From Klebsormidium nitens (Eukaryota; Plantae; Klebsormidiophyceae), in assembly GCA_000708835.1 (NCBI GenBank), contig DF237086.1:111079-175078 (forward strand): DNA of 64,000 nt. Direction: 5' to 3'. The translations under genes and the position numbers were made by a program. Of this stretch, positions 34,408 to 47,567 are shown one piece after another. How positions within the stretch are numbered: position 1 is the stretch's first letter; the number at the start of each line of letters is the position of its first letter. The notes under the pieces are model-generated. The model did no database searches, had not been told where the DNA came from, and worked only from the letters and a program-made list of their open reading frames with translations.

Positions 34408-36375
34408 ACCAACTTGCTTCAGTGAGTCCCTTGGTCTGTGCATAAAAATCTCAAAGCAGGATGGAAACCAAGTCGATATTGAAGAAATGTCAACTTTCAA
34501 GAACCTGGTGTGGACGTCACATTAACGCGATATGTGTGTATCGAGGAGGATTGTACGAAGGTACTTCCTTGAAAAATTTCTTGCCGCACAATATCTGAAC
34601 CGATTGTCAGCTCTAAGTATGGTCTTTGCCTCACCATTCGAATCGTCATTGATGTACAGAGTCCAAGGCCTGACATTAGCAGCTCCTTTGGCCTGCAAAA
34701 AAAGCCACGATTATGTCCCCTTGTAATCCAATGCATTTCTTTTTCGGCTAAAAGAATCCAGGAGTGCTGTCAGCTCAAAATACAGATCCAATCTTTCAAT
34801 TTAGTATATTTCAAAAGAGCCACAGAAATCTTCGCCTCTTGTTCTGTGTCCCTCTCCGCTGCAGAGCTTTCTCGAGTACTGCCAATTGAATGTTTCTCTA
34901 ACATCTAATCAGTGCGTTTTGACTTCCTTAGCAATCAACGACCTGCTTGCTGTCTGGATCAAACTCCGAACACCAAGATGGTCAACTTGTACATGAATGG
35001 TGGCAGTATTCTGAGCGTGCAAGGAAACAGGCTGGGGCGCACAAGAAAGGCGAAATTATGAACAATTGCTCACTCACGATGGACCTTCATCAGTCCCCCC
35101 AGACTCCGGCGCGAGGTCACCCTTCAGCACGTGCCTGCCACTTCTGATGGTGTGGTGATATCGCACATCATCCTGCGCACGGCTCAAGGAGAGAGAATAT
35201 TCTATCGGTGGGTAAGAGGAATGGGGTATGGAATTGGCTCACACTACTTTCACTTTCTTCGGCGTTCAACAGTGACCAGCCACAAAGGAAGGTCACTTTC
35301 AAGATGGCTGACTGTCAGACTAAAAGGAGTGCAGTCTAGTGTGAGCTCAAGCATACAATTGGAAGCAGGCAACTCACTGGAGGCGTTCAGGAGGACAAAT
35401 CAACAAACTTCTTTCACCAGCGTAGAATATACTGCCACGTTGTTAGATGAAACACAATGTGGCCCATCTCAAAAAAGATTGCCTGCGGCAACTACTGCTG
35501 GTAGAAGACGCCTAACTCACCGGGTCTTCCTCAACCGTGACATGCTCTGGGCTGCCCGCACTCATGCACCGTACAGAGCTCATTTGCCACCAGGGGGCCA
35601 ATGACGCAAGGCCGTTGCGAGGAGCTTTATCAATTAATTTGCCCCTAGTGGCATTTCCCCAATGCGAGAATGGCCCCAGCGCCCTTGAGTGGTGCATTCT
35701 TATAGGTTGGTTGAGAGCGATTGCCGCAGTGAATCCGGTGACATCATTTAAGGCAACGCCAGCTGGTTCGCGGGGCAATCGGTGGAGAAGGCGGAGGGGG
35801 GGATGTGCACGAAAGAGTGCCCGTAGCGAGAGAGCTCGCGACATGGTGGCTGACACTCACAGAGCCACAATGCTGGCTGGAGAAATGCAGTGCATAAGTT
35901 CCACGAGCGGGAGAACTAGGCGCTAGGGCAGCGCGCGCTGAGTTGGCATTGATTGAAAGCACGGCAGCTGAACGTGAATGCGAAGGTGCTGGTTCTGCGA
36001 GCGTTCTGCACCGGTCAATTATCTGGCTGGAGAAGTGGATGATGCACACACTCCCAAAATGTTGGCTGTTTAATTGCAATGCAGCAGACCTGATGAAAAG
36101 TAGGACACGAACTGGTGGACATGACCATGAACGAGATGCAGCGGCGGGCTCGCAGCTAGATGCTCAGGAAACGACCAATTGTGAATGCTGCACCTCCTGT
36201 TGCGGCATTGGCCCCGCATTGCAGCTACTAGCTAGGGAGGAGGTGCATCTCTGCCGCGATGCCATGAAACATTGAAAGAGGCATGCTGCCAGTGCACCCT
36301 TCGTCTGTGCAAACTTGGAAGTTGGAGTCGCGACTCGCGAAATCAGAAGAGAATGGGCATTGACCAAACTGCCCT

Positions 36376-36515
36376 GATTGGCCGAGAACGCGCGCGCAGG
36401 ATCTAGAGAATCGGGTTTGCGCGCGCCTAGTACACGGTTGTCATTGGGTATCCTGAATCTGAGGATCTTTTACAGGTCCATGATTGGTCAAATTAGGCCA
36501 CGTCGGAATATAAAA
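36376..36515 (+). promoter_or_regulatory. Candidate CHLH core promoter (two reverse CCAAT boxes, ACGT-core element, TATA box)
   Basis: gattgg at 36376 and 36482, ccacgtc at 36498 and tataaaa at 36509, ~550 nt upstream of the CHLH ATG. Short motifs, no transcript evidence. Confidence 0.3.
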
Positions 36516-37058
36516 TCCAATGCAGCAAATCACGAACTCCATAAACTCCACGTCAAACGCACTTTATTGTGCGACGCCGGCCCCGCATTGGGTGAACAAT
36601 CCAGCGCAGATCGCGAGTTGTTGGTTCTAGACGAACGCTGCTTTGGTGCGATAACTTCGACCAAACTACGGAAAATACAAGCCGACCGGGACTCTTTTCC
36701 TGGTTAACCCTTTGTGGTAATCTTTAGTTTAACAATTTTACCGGTACATCCTTTCCGGGCTTACTTCGATTTTGGCGTTGGGGGCCGGGGCGGAATTAGG
36801 TCACACCAAAAGCCTCATTGTCGGGAATCTGAATCTTCGGAGAAGGAAAATCTCGAGGTGGATGAGGCTGAAACTTTCAAAGCTTCCGTTGGTTGAACAG
36901 CCTGAGGCAGCCATTACCAGCCAGCCAAAGAAAGTGAAGCCTGTGGAGGAAGAGGGATTGTACGACGTGCTTCTCGAGCAGCATTATAGCTGGGGGAAAG
37001 CAGGGGGCAATTGTGAGCTCAGCTGTACTTTGCGTGAGGTCAGCGAGCGGGGGGCAAG

Positions 37059-40000
37059 ATGCAGGCTGTGGCGGGCACTTTGGGTGGTGCAGCTTGCCCA
37101 CTCGCTGCTTGCAAACCCTCACAAGGCAGGGCGGCGCAGACAGGTGAGACAGCACTACATTTGGGTTCGCTTATGTTATCTTTTCATGACCAGATTGTGG
37201 CTTGTGAACTGCCTTCCCCGGCACAGGTGTATGTTTGCTGCAATCCTTTGAATTGCTGTTGAGTTGACTGATAAGGAAGCTAGCCTTCAGAGCATTCAGA
37301 GCAAGGGCATCATGATGTTGGAAGTAAAAGTCGTAAAAATATAATGTTTGCCACCTTTCATGATAATTTGAGCAAGGGTTGCTGAAAATTTGAAGCTCCC
37401 TGCAGGTTTGTCTCGCAATGTAGGGTTGGTTGGGCAGGCTTTCCAGGGCCTGCGGAAGGCGAACGCCATTGATGGCAGAAATGTAAGTGTGGTCAGTAGG
37501 ATATTCTGCAAATAGAATACAGCCTGCTCCTTTGATGTCCCTTGTTACGTCTGATGAGTTGTCCTTCTTGCCAGTGCATCCCTCCCAAAAGTATAAAAGG
37601 TCCAGAGTGCAAGATGATGAAGTCCCATTCTGGGAGATCTTTCTTTAACAATTTGCAACGGGTCTTGTCAGTCCTGGAGTTCTAATGAGTCCTTCTCAAA
37701 TATGCAGGCTTCAGTCAATGGGGCCGCACCACTCGCAGCACTTCCTGTTGTCGGCAGAGGCAGGAAGGTGAGATCTCCAGCTGACTTCCAATCTCTGCTC
37801 GTCAGATGCTTGGAATGTGCTGCAAAGGGCAAGGGAGGAATCCAAGCTGTGTTTTCAGGATACTTGTGACTTGAAGGACACTCTGCACTTAGTGAGCATT
37901 CCTGAGATGCATTCAAGCTTGGAATGTGGCAACTTAATCTCCTGGTTGTCCTCCAAGCTGCTGCAGTAATTGTCGGGTAGAGGGTCAAAATTCAGGGATG
38001 TTGCAATTTAAGGCTCAGCAGTGATGCAGATTAAGGTCCAGCAGTGTCCTGAGAGTGTCCTCTCCAACTGCGCAGACGATCACCATGTTCGGTGGCAACG
38101 GCCTCTTCACCCAGACGCGCCCCGACGTCAGGCGTATCGTCCCTGAGCCCCAGGTCGGCAAACCGACGGTCAAAATTGTCTACGTCGTCCTGGAGGCCCA
38201 GTACCAGTCCTCCCTCTCAGCCGCAGTCAGGAACATCAATCGGAAGCGGGATGACCTGGCCGTCGAGGTGGTCGGGTACTTGGTAGAGGAGCTGCGGGAC
38301 CCTGAGAACTACGAGTCCTTCAAGAAGGACCTCTCGGATGCCAACATCTTCATTGGCTCGCTCATCTTCATTGAGGAGCTTGCGGTGAAGATCAGGGAGG
38401 CGGTTGAGGTGGAGCGGGAGAGGCTGGATGCAGTCCTCGTGTTCCCGTCCATGCCCGAAGTGATGCGGCTGAACAAGCTGGGGACTTTCTCAATGTCGCA
38501 GCTGGGGCAGTCCAAGAGCGCCATCGCGCAGTTCATGCGCAAGAAGCGCAAGGAGTCAGGGTCCGGCTTTGAGGAGGGGATGCTCAAGCTCATCAGGACG
38601 CTGCCCAAGGTCCTCAAGTACCTGCCGTCTGACAAGGCGCAGGACGCGCGCAACTTCATGATGAGCCTGCAGTTCTGGCTCGGCGGCTCTCCTGAGAACC
38701 TCGAGAACTTCCTGGTCATGATCGCGGGAGCGTACGTGCCGGAGCTCAAGAGCAGCAAGCTCCAGTTCGAGGACCCCGTGGTGTTCCTGGACACCGGCAT
38801 CTGGCACCCCCTCGCGCCGTGCATGTACGACGATGTCAAGGAGTACCTCAACTGGTACGATACGCGCAAGGACCTCAAGGGCCTGCGCGAGACAAAGCCG
38901 ATCACCATCGGGCTCATCCTCCAGCGCAGCCATCTCGTGACAGGTGACGAGGGCCACTACTCCGCGATTGTGATGGAGCTCGAGGCGCGCGGTGCGCGCG
39001 TGATCCCCATCTTTGCAGGCGGGCTCGACTTCTCTGGCCCCGTCGACCGCTTCTACTACGACCCCATCACGCAGAAGCCGATGGTGGACTCAGTGGTGTC
39101 GCTCACCGGGTTTGCGCTTGTCGGGGGGCCTGCCAGCCAGGACCATCCCAAGGCGATTGAGTCGCTTACAAAGCTGGACGTCCCGTACATGGTTGCTCTC
39201 CCCCTGGTGTTTCAGACCACGGAGGAGTGGCTCGACAGCAGCTTGGGGCTGCACCCTGTCCAGGTGGCGCTCCAGGTGGCGCTGCCTGAGCTGGACGGCG
39301 GGCTTGAGCCAATTGTCTTCTCAGGGAGGGACAGCAGGACAGGTGAGGTCGGTAGTGGGGTTTGCTTGCATTATCGGGATTGTGTGGCAACATTGGCAGG
39401 AACAGGTTTGCTTGCATTGTTGCGGTTGCCTGACAAAGGCCTTGTCCTTGTAAACATCTGGAATGTGCGCGGAACTCTGTCAGCATTGCTTGGGATAGGA
39501 AGATGCTTACAGCACGAAACGGCTAGCTTCGTGCTTTGGATATCATGTAAGGAGAATGCTGGATCTGGAGGTCGCAAGCCTTCGGCAAACTCTGGATTGC
39601 CAATAGCACACACTTGGAGGCAGCTCTTTCAGAAAGGTTCACTCATCAAGTTGAACAGCTTAGCTCTTTTAGGAATTCTTGTAAGTGCTTTGAGCCTAGT
39701 CCCTGAAGAGGCGGGTTTGGTCTTCTTCTGCAGGCAAGTCTCACGCTCTGTATGACCGTGTGGAGTCCGTCTGCACTCGCGCCATCAAGTGGGGCAACCT
39801 GAAGAGGAAGGCCAAGGTAGGTTTACAGGCAGCGGTTGCTGACCTTGCTCAAAGCAGGGTGTCGGTTTCAATCTCACAGATTGTCCTGAGTGTCTCGTCA
39901 GGAGCAGAGGTTCCCGACGTCAGTCAATGCGCCTCAAGATTCAAGATTGGCCTTAGTCCAGTCTGTCTATCCTGTTGCGAAACTGTAAGTGCAACCTATA

Positions 40001-43000
40001 GAAGTCAGCATGTGTCTGAAGCAAGGGCAGCTGTGGAATCATCCACTCTCAGCATTGCTGCAAGCAGGGTTTCCAGAACATGCATGTCTCCAGCTCCAGG
40101 ATAAGTTCTCCAGCGAAGTTATCTTGCTGTGCGCAGCGGGTGTGCTAGAAGCTTTTAGCAACTGCCTACTGAGCACCACGCCTGACAGTCAGGTTATCAA
40201 CACCTAGGCAGCTTGCAGTTCTGTCCATTCCTTCCCAAAATTCACCACTCCACAAGTTCCTGAAGGCCGTTCCTCTGAAAGCCAGCCCTCCCAAGTACCC
40301 AGCAGACCAACTTCTCATTCTACCGTTCCTAGATTTTCTGCAGACCGACATGAAGATGGCCGTCACGCTATTCAGCTCCCCTCCCAAACAAGCTTCGCCC
40401 CTCTCGAGGAGGGTTTATACTGGTCCCTGGATTTTGTTCGCATCTCAGGCCCCTGAAACACTCCCCTTATGTGCAGGCTGACAAGAAGCTGGCTGTGACG
40501 GTGTTCAGCTTCCCCCCCGACAAGGGCAACGTTGGCACAGCCGCGTACCTCAACGTGTTTGGCTCCATCCACAGCGTGCTCAAGGAGCTCCAGGCAGATG
40601 GGTACAATGTTGGCGAGCTGCCAGAGAATCCGGAAGCGCTTATGGAGGAGATCCTGCATGACAGGGAGGCCAAGTACAACAGCCCCGACCTCAACATCGC
40701 GTACAAGTAAGGCTTCAGGAAGGGTTTCTTCTGGTATGCCGATTATGTGGGAGTATGACTTTGGTCAAGAAAAGCTGGCAGGGGAGTGCCTGGATCTTGT
40801 TCCGGGTTTGTAGTGGCTCTGTAAACCTTTGCAGGAAGGCAAAACGTCCTGAGGTAGCAGTGCAGCAAGTTGAAGCAGTTTGTTACAGGTTCTGGGGTTT
40901 TCAAAATGTGTTTCTGGTGGACTACAAACGGATGGTGGACTAGAGGAGTGCAGGCTTGTTTCCTCCATCCCACATCATTACAAAAGACCTTCGGTGTCGG
41001 GTTAGACAGGGGGACTGTTCTTGGCTGCCTGCCATTCTCTCCTGGTTCTCACCTTTTCTGAGCATGGTTGTGGTGGAAGGAGGACCAAGTAGTCAGCATA
41101 TCATTAGAGTGAGTCCCGGATGTCAGGGAAGCCTTTGAGGGGACACTCTTCTGGTTCGCCGCCGAGCTTGAAAGATCTGCACCTCTAAGTATCAAGCAGT
41201 ACGTCACCATGTCCCCTCTGTTGAGGACCAGCATTCCCCCTCTATTGTCGCTTCCAAAGCCGCTGTTTGCCAGAAATTTGAAGAGCTATCCCTCAAACCC
41301 TGTCCTTTGAGCTATCCCTCAAACCCTTTCCTTTTCCACCCTTCCCCCAAGGATGCCTGTGCGTGGATACCAGAAGCTGAACCCCTACGCTGAGGCCCAT
41401 TTGCAGAGTCTCCCCCAAAGGTGCTGTTTGCTGGTGATCTGCAACGTACCCATTCTAAACCCCATCCTACTCCTCTCCCCCCCCTCAGGATGTCTGTGCG
41501 TGAGTACCAGAAGCTGACCCCCTACGCTGAGGCCCTGGAGGAGAACTGGGGCAAGCCCCCCGGCCACCTCAACACTGACGGACAGAACTTGCTGGTCTAC
41601 GGCAAGGTCTTCGGGAACATCTTCATTGGTGTGCAGCCGACATTTGGATACGAGGGCGATCCGATGCGGCTGCTCTTCTCCAAGAGCGCTAGCCCCCATC
41701 ACGGGTTTGCGGCGTACTACACATACCTGGAGAAGATCTTCGACGCCGATGCGGTGCTGCATTTCGGCACGCATGGGTCCCTGGAGTTCATGCCTGGCAA
41801 GCAGGTGGGTGGGCAGTGGCAGTGATTAACCCGGCTTTGCTTTGCTTTTTGGGGATCAACTGGAATCGATGGTTTGGGTTTGGTGTGGCTCACGTTTTGG
41901 GCTAGGTTTCACTTAAAAGGTCTGCAAAGCACCATCGTAGAAAAGTCAAATTGCGAGCAAGCCGGTGCAGCATGATTAGATTTATTGGATCCAGCCAAGC
42001 ATCAACTTGTTTAGGGAGCAGCTAACTTTTCTTCTCTATCATTGGATGCAATGCTGAGGACTGTAAACTCTGTCTTGCCAGCTTTGATCTTGCACGCCAG
42101 CAAAGAGGAGTGCAAATCAGAGCAGACTTGGGACGAGTGCAGACTTCCTGATGTCTTGGTTTTACTACCTGCAGGTGGGCATGAGTGAGGACTGCTACCC
42201 CGACAGCCTGATCGGCTCCATCCCCAACATCTACTACTACGCCGCCAACAACCCCTCCGAGGCCACGATCGCCAAGCGCCGCTCGTACGCCAACACGATC
42301 AGCTACCTCACCCCCCCCGCCGAGAACGCCGGCCTCTACAAGGGCCTCAAGCAGCTCTCCGAGCTCATCGCCTCGTACCAGTCCCTCAAGGACACCGGTC
42401 GCGGTCAGCAGATTGTTGCAACGATCATCTCCACTGCGAAGCAGTGCAATCTCGACAAGGACGTCGAGCTTCCGGAGGAGGACGCCGAGCTGGAGAGCGA
42501 GGAGCGGGACACGGTCGTCGGGCGGGTGTACCAGAAGCTGATGGAGATCGAGAGCCGGCTGTTGCCGTGCGGGCTGCACGTGATCGGGGAGCCCCCGAGC
42601 GCGCAGGAGGCGGTCGCGACGCTGGTGAACATTGCGGGGCTGGACCGGCCCGAGGAGGAGATCTTTGGGATGCCGGGGATCTTGGCGGAGGCCGTCGGGC
42701 GGGACATTGAGGATGTGTACAGGAGCAGGTGAGAGGTCCAATGGAGAGGGCTTTTTCTGTTGGGGGCAGCCTGATATTTGAGACGGGTTACAGGATTGAC
42801 TGAATGGCACCATTCAGTGGCTGAAAACTTTGAGCTTGGCAAAGTCTGCGCGGCTTGGGAAGTTCTGTGAGGAAGTTGTCTGAAGGTGAAGTGGACATGC
42901 TGGGAATCACGAAGCACATGATTCCGATGTGCGAGACTTAGCTATTCCAGCAAAGATGCATCAGGAACGGTACAAACTCTCAAATCTCGTTGGTTCTTTA

Positions 43001-46000
43001 TCTTTGCACCAACGATCTACAATGTTGACAGTTCACCCCACAAGGTCGGTCTCAGTATTGTGCTTCACTATCATCAAGCGTTCTGCTGAACATTTCTTCC
43101 GCCTTTCTCCCCTTTGCAGCGACAAGGGCGACCTGGCGGACGTGAAGCACATCACCCTGGCCTTTTGTAACGGTGTCACATTGTTCGCAAACATTTTCTC
43201 TGACATGAAGCCCAACTCAATCACAAACCATTCCCCCCTTTGCAGCGACAAGGGCAATTTGGCGGACGTGCAGCTGTTGCAGGACATCACGCTTGCGTCC
43301 CGTAACGCGGTCGGCGCTTTCGTCGACACGACGGTCAACAGCAAGGGCCAGGTGGTCAATGTGGTGGATCAGTTGGGCGCGATCTTTGGGCGCAAGAAGG
43401 AGCCGTGGGTCGAGGCGCTCGCCAAGACCGAGTTCAAGAACGCCAACAAGGAGAAGATGAAGACGCTGTTCGACTTCCTGGCTTTCTGCCTCAAGCAGGT
43501 ACGGGGTGGAGCTGTCTCTTGAAAATCCGTTGGCACATGGTCTGTTCTTGCAGACTCCTGCCAGTCAAGTGTTTGGTAGCTTTTATGGCGATAGTGTAAC
43601 CACATCTGTCTCCCTGCGTTTGTTGCGGTTTCCCTTCACTGATTGCCTCGAGTCGCTCCTAGCACCTGAAGACTCGCATGGGCAAAAAGACGTTTTGCTT
43701 CCTCGCTAAACCTCCAGACCCGCGCTCAAACCTCAAACCTGGTTCCGCCTCTGCACCCCTGGACCATTCTGCTCGCAATTCCGTAACATCTTTGAATCAA
43801 ACCTCACCAAAGAGCGCCCCATGCAAATGCCTTCTTCAAATGGAGTATCCGAGCACCCAGAACTTCGCGGAAAACTGCAAAGCGTCCGGTGCTTCGCCCT
43901 TTGAAATGTCTCACAAGCTCTTCCCCCCCTTGCCAGGTCGTTGCCGACAACGAGCTCGGCGGGCTGAAGCAGGCGCTCGAAGGGCGGTACGTGCAGCCCG
44001 GCCCGGGAGGCGACCCGATCCGGAACCCGAAGGTGCTCCCGACCGGAAAGAACATCCACGCGCTAGACCCGTCTTCGATCCCCACTCAGGCCGCCCTGCA
44101 GAGCGCCAAGGTGGTGGTGGAGCGGCTGCTGCTGCGGCAAAAGGCGGAGAACGACGGCAAGTGGCCCGAGACCGTCGCGCTCGTGCTGTGGGGGACGGAC
44201 AACATCAAGACGTATGGGGAGTCGCTCGCGCAGGTGAGGAAGCTCTGTGAGCAACCTGGTGGGAGGAGCAAGGCGTGTGAGGAGGAAAGCTTATCTCAAG
44301 GGGTGAAAAACTCGAAAGAACTACTCTCAAAAGAACCACCTTCAAATTGCAAGCGAAGTTGGCAGGTCGTCAACAAAGTTCCCGAGTCACAGAGGTCGTT
44401 GCATACGATAAGAGACGCCCTCTTGATCCTGCTTGGCAGCATTCCTGGTCTGTGCTGTGACCGAGCTAGCCTAATCAATGCGTTCTTTTCTCTCCAGTCC
44501 TGCTAGAGTGGGAACAAGCAGAAGAACCGACTTGACGAGTTCAAGAAGCATTCTAGTCAAACGTTCCGTTTCGACTACAAATACTCCGGTCAAACGTTCC
44601 CTAGCTGACGCCGAACTGTTGTCGTACAGGTGTTGTGGATGGTGGGTGTAAAGCCCGTGCCCGACGCGCTGGGCCGTGTGAACAAGGTGGAGCCGGTGTC
44701 CCTGGAGGAGCTCGGCCGGCCCCGCGTTGACGTCGTGGTCAACTGCTCGGGAGTGTTCCGGGACCTGTTCATCAACCAGGTGAGAGATAGGAAACTCGAA
44801 AGAAAGTATGAAGAAGCACTGCGAGTGGGTGTTTTAACAACGATTGGCCCCTTCAGGACGGACGGGTGCTTGTTTGCAGTCTGTGGTGTTCTGCTGATTG
44901 CACCGTTGGTTTTGTTGGCCTCTTTCATGGAAGTCGTCGTTGTCAGCCTTTCGGCAAAGGCGTTTTTAACTTGGATCTGCTGAACTTTTCCACTCGGTCA
45001 GCCCCAATCGACTCCTTCGAGGTACTTTCTGTTTTTTTGTCTTTTAGGTTCCGGAGTAGAGTTTTAGGCTTGTCCTGAAGTGCTCCTTTCAGGTTTACCC
45101 CACCCAGGTTGTCGTTGCTTGATCCCCCTCTACTCCAAACGTTTTCTCAATTCTTTTCCCGTTTCTCTCGGGGGAATGGCTGGCTGTACCTCGAAGCGGT
45201 GATTCGCGGCCTGAAAGTGTACTAGTTTTATCAAATCTCTGACAACCAACACGACTTCCACTTTCTTTGTCCAGATGAACCCGCTGGAGCGCAACCCCCG
45301 CACTCATGCAAATCCCACTTTCTTTCTGTTCAATTCAACTAGAAAATTGAGAATTGACATCATTCCCGTCTCCAGATGAACTTGCTGGACCGCGCGGTGA
45401 AGATGGTTGCGGAGCTGGACGAGCCCCTGGAGATGAACTTCGTGCGCAAGCACGCGCTGGAGCAGGCGGAGGAGCTCAACTGCACCCTGCGCGAGGCTGC
45501 GACGCGCGTCTTCTCCAACGCGTCCGGCTCCTACTCGTCGAATGTCAACCTAGCGGTGGAGAACAGCTCGTGGAACGACGAGAAGCAGCTGCAGGTGAGG
45601 GGGTGATGGGGCCTGGTTTAAATGAAGTTGGATCTGCAGTGGAACGGGGTATAGAGTGGGATCTGGTCGACTTGGGAGTCCTTGCTTCCTAATGACGTGA
45701 GCAGTCTACCATGATAAAAGCAAAGGTGGTGCCTTGAAGGATTTTGAACTGGACCTTGATCTGGGCACACAACGGGTTTCGTGAGTCCTTCAAGTTGCTT
45801 CCCTCGAGAAGACAAAACTCAAATTGAACCTCTGGCGCATCTTTGTCTTTGCGTCCTGTCTGCCTTGCAAGCACGCAACGGCTTTTCTGACTTGCTGCAA
45901 GTAAGCTGGAAAGGGTCAACGCTCTTCTCGGCCCGTGACAACCATAAAAACAAGGCCCTCAACCCTCTCCTTCGGACCTAACACACTTCCGGACCGCTAC

Positions 46001-47567
46001 TCTCCTCCACCGGTTTTCACACGCATCTTCTTCCCTCCCCAGGACATGTACCTGAGCCGCAAGTCGTTTGCGTTCAACTCCGACGCCCCCGGGAGCGGCA
46101 TGATGGAGAGCCGCGCCATCTTCGAGAAGTCGCTCGCGACCGCTGACGCCACGTTCCAGAACCTGGACAGCTCCGAGATCAGCCTGACTGACGTCAGCCA
46201 CTACTTCGACTCGGACCCGACCAAGCTGGTGCAGGGCCTGCGCAAGGACGGCAAGAAGCCCAACTCTTACATCGCAGACACCACCACCGCCAACGCACAG
46301 GTGAGAACCGGGTTAAGGGCTTTTGACTTGTGTTTGGATCAGTCAAAGGGTTTCTTTGTCGAGTTCTGGGAAAGGGCAGGGCCTGCGAAAGGACGGGAAG
46401 AAGCCCAACTCGTACATCGCAGACACGACCACCGCCAACGCACAGGTGAGAAAAGGGTTTCTTTGTGGTTCTCTTTTTGGACGTCAGCTGTGGGTTTTGC
46501 AAGAACTTGGTTTTGGGCCATTCTACCCCGTTGAAGGCTGGTCAGCGTACTTTTGTCGAAGGTTGGTTAGGGGGTCTGAACGTGTCTGACGAAACGAAGG
46601 AGGTTTGAGGCTTTCCGGTCAAAGAGGTTGGTTGTAAGCGTTCTGTCAAAGGTTGGTAAGAGAGCAGGGTTTCTTTGGCTTGTTCAAGTCCTCCTGGTCC
46701 CTTGGACTCGAAAAGTCGTTCGAGTGCCAACCTGGCCCCTTCCAATTGTCACCTAGCAAATCGAGAATGGTAATCACTCTCGTTTGCAATGCCTTTCCGT
46801 CAAGCTTGTGATTCTGGCTAGTTCTGTACCCTAAGCCCGCTCTCTCGTCCCGTCCAGGTCCGGTCCCTGTCCGAGACGGTCCGGCTGGACGCGCGCACCA
46901 AGATGCTGAACCCCAAGTGGTACGAGGGCATGCTGTCCAGCGGATACGAGGGCGTCAGGGAAATCGAGAAGCGGCTGACCAACACGATGGGATGGAGTGC
47001 CACCAGGTGAGCAGAAGAGGGGGATTCTGTGCTGCTTTCTCGTAGCAAAGTGGAGTGTCCACCGCCGGCCTAGCTTCTTTGGGGCTTGTGTATCATGGCC
47101 GTTACCCCTGTCTTACGTTGCCCGGAACCTGTCTTACCTTCTTGCGATTTGCCAGCTTCCGCTTCGGAACGCCAAATTTGGCACCGGCGCAGTTGCCCTC
47201 TTTTGAAGCAGCTTGAGCCGTGCGCACATGGTTCTCTCGTTCTCGTTCTCAAGGGAGCACAACAGAAAAGTAGGGAGTTGGCCGAAAGAGAAGCACACCT
47301 TCTGAATATGCTGACAGGTTGAGACTTGCTATTTGCAGCGGCACCGTCGACAACTGGGTGTACGAGGAGGCCAACGACACGTTCATCAACGACCCCGAAA
47401 TGCAGAAGCGGCTGCTAGAAACGAACCCGAACAGCTTTAGAAAGCTGGTGTCGACCTTCCTAGAGGCCAACGGGCGAGGCTACTGGGACACTAGCGAGGA
47501 GAACCTCGACAAGTTGCGGCAGTTGTACGCCGATGTTGAGGATAGGATCGAGGGTGTTGACAAGTAG
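37059..47567 (+). CDS. CHLH: Magnesium-chelatase subunit H precursor; 15 exons, 1408 aa
   Basis: Exons 37059-37143, 37406-37482, 37708-37767, 38076-39342, 39734-39816, 40477-40706, 41489-41804, 42175-42728, 43246-43498, 43937-44233, 44630-44779, 45376-45594, 46043-46300, 46858-47006, 47339-47567 join in frame (4227 nt). Motifs: [88 protein letters not shown]. The first three small exons encode a transit-like peptide and are less certain. Confidence 0.97.
40339..46451 (+). repeat. Intronic echoes of exon edges in CHLH (4 acceptor-side, 1 donor-side)
   Basis: Copy versus template positions: 40341/40474, 41350/41487, 43117/43243, 45272/45373, 46377/46232. Confidence 0.9.

Noticed and set aside
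38309-42813. Long antisense ORFs (38309-38917, 38556-38957, 42022-42813)
   Set aside because: They are shadows of GC3-rich CHLH exons, where antisense stops are depleted.
26757-47567. Bacterial/cyanobacterial origin or contamination suggested by rpl6 and chlH
   Set aside because: Both genes have spliceosomal introns and transit-like leaders and sit among eukaryote-specific genes (CWC27, PSF2).
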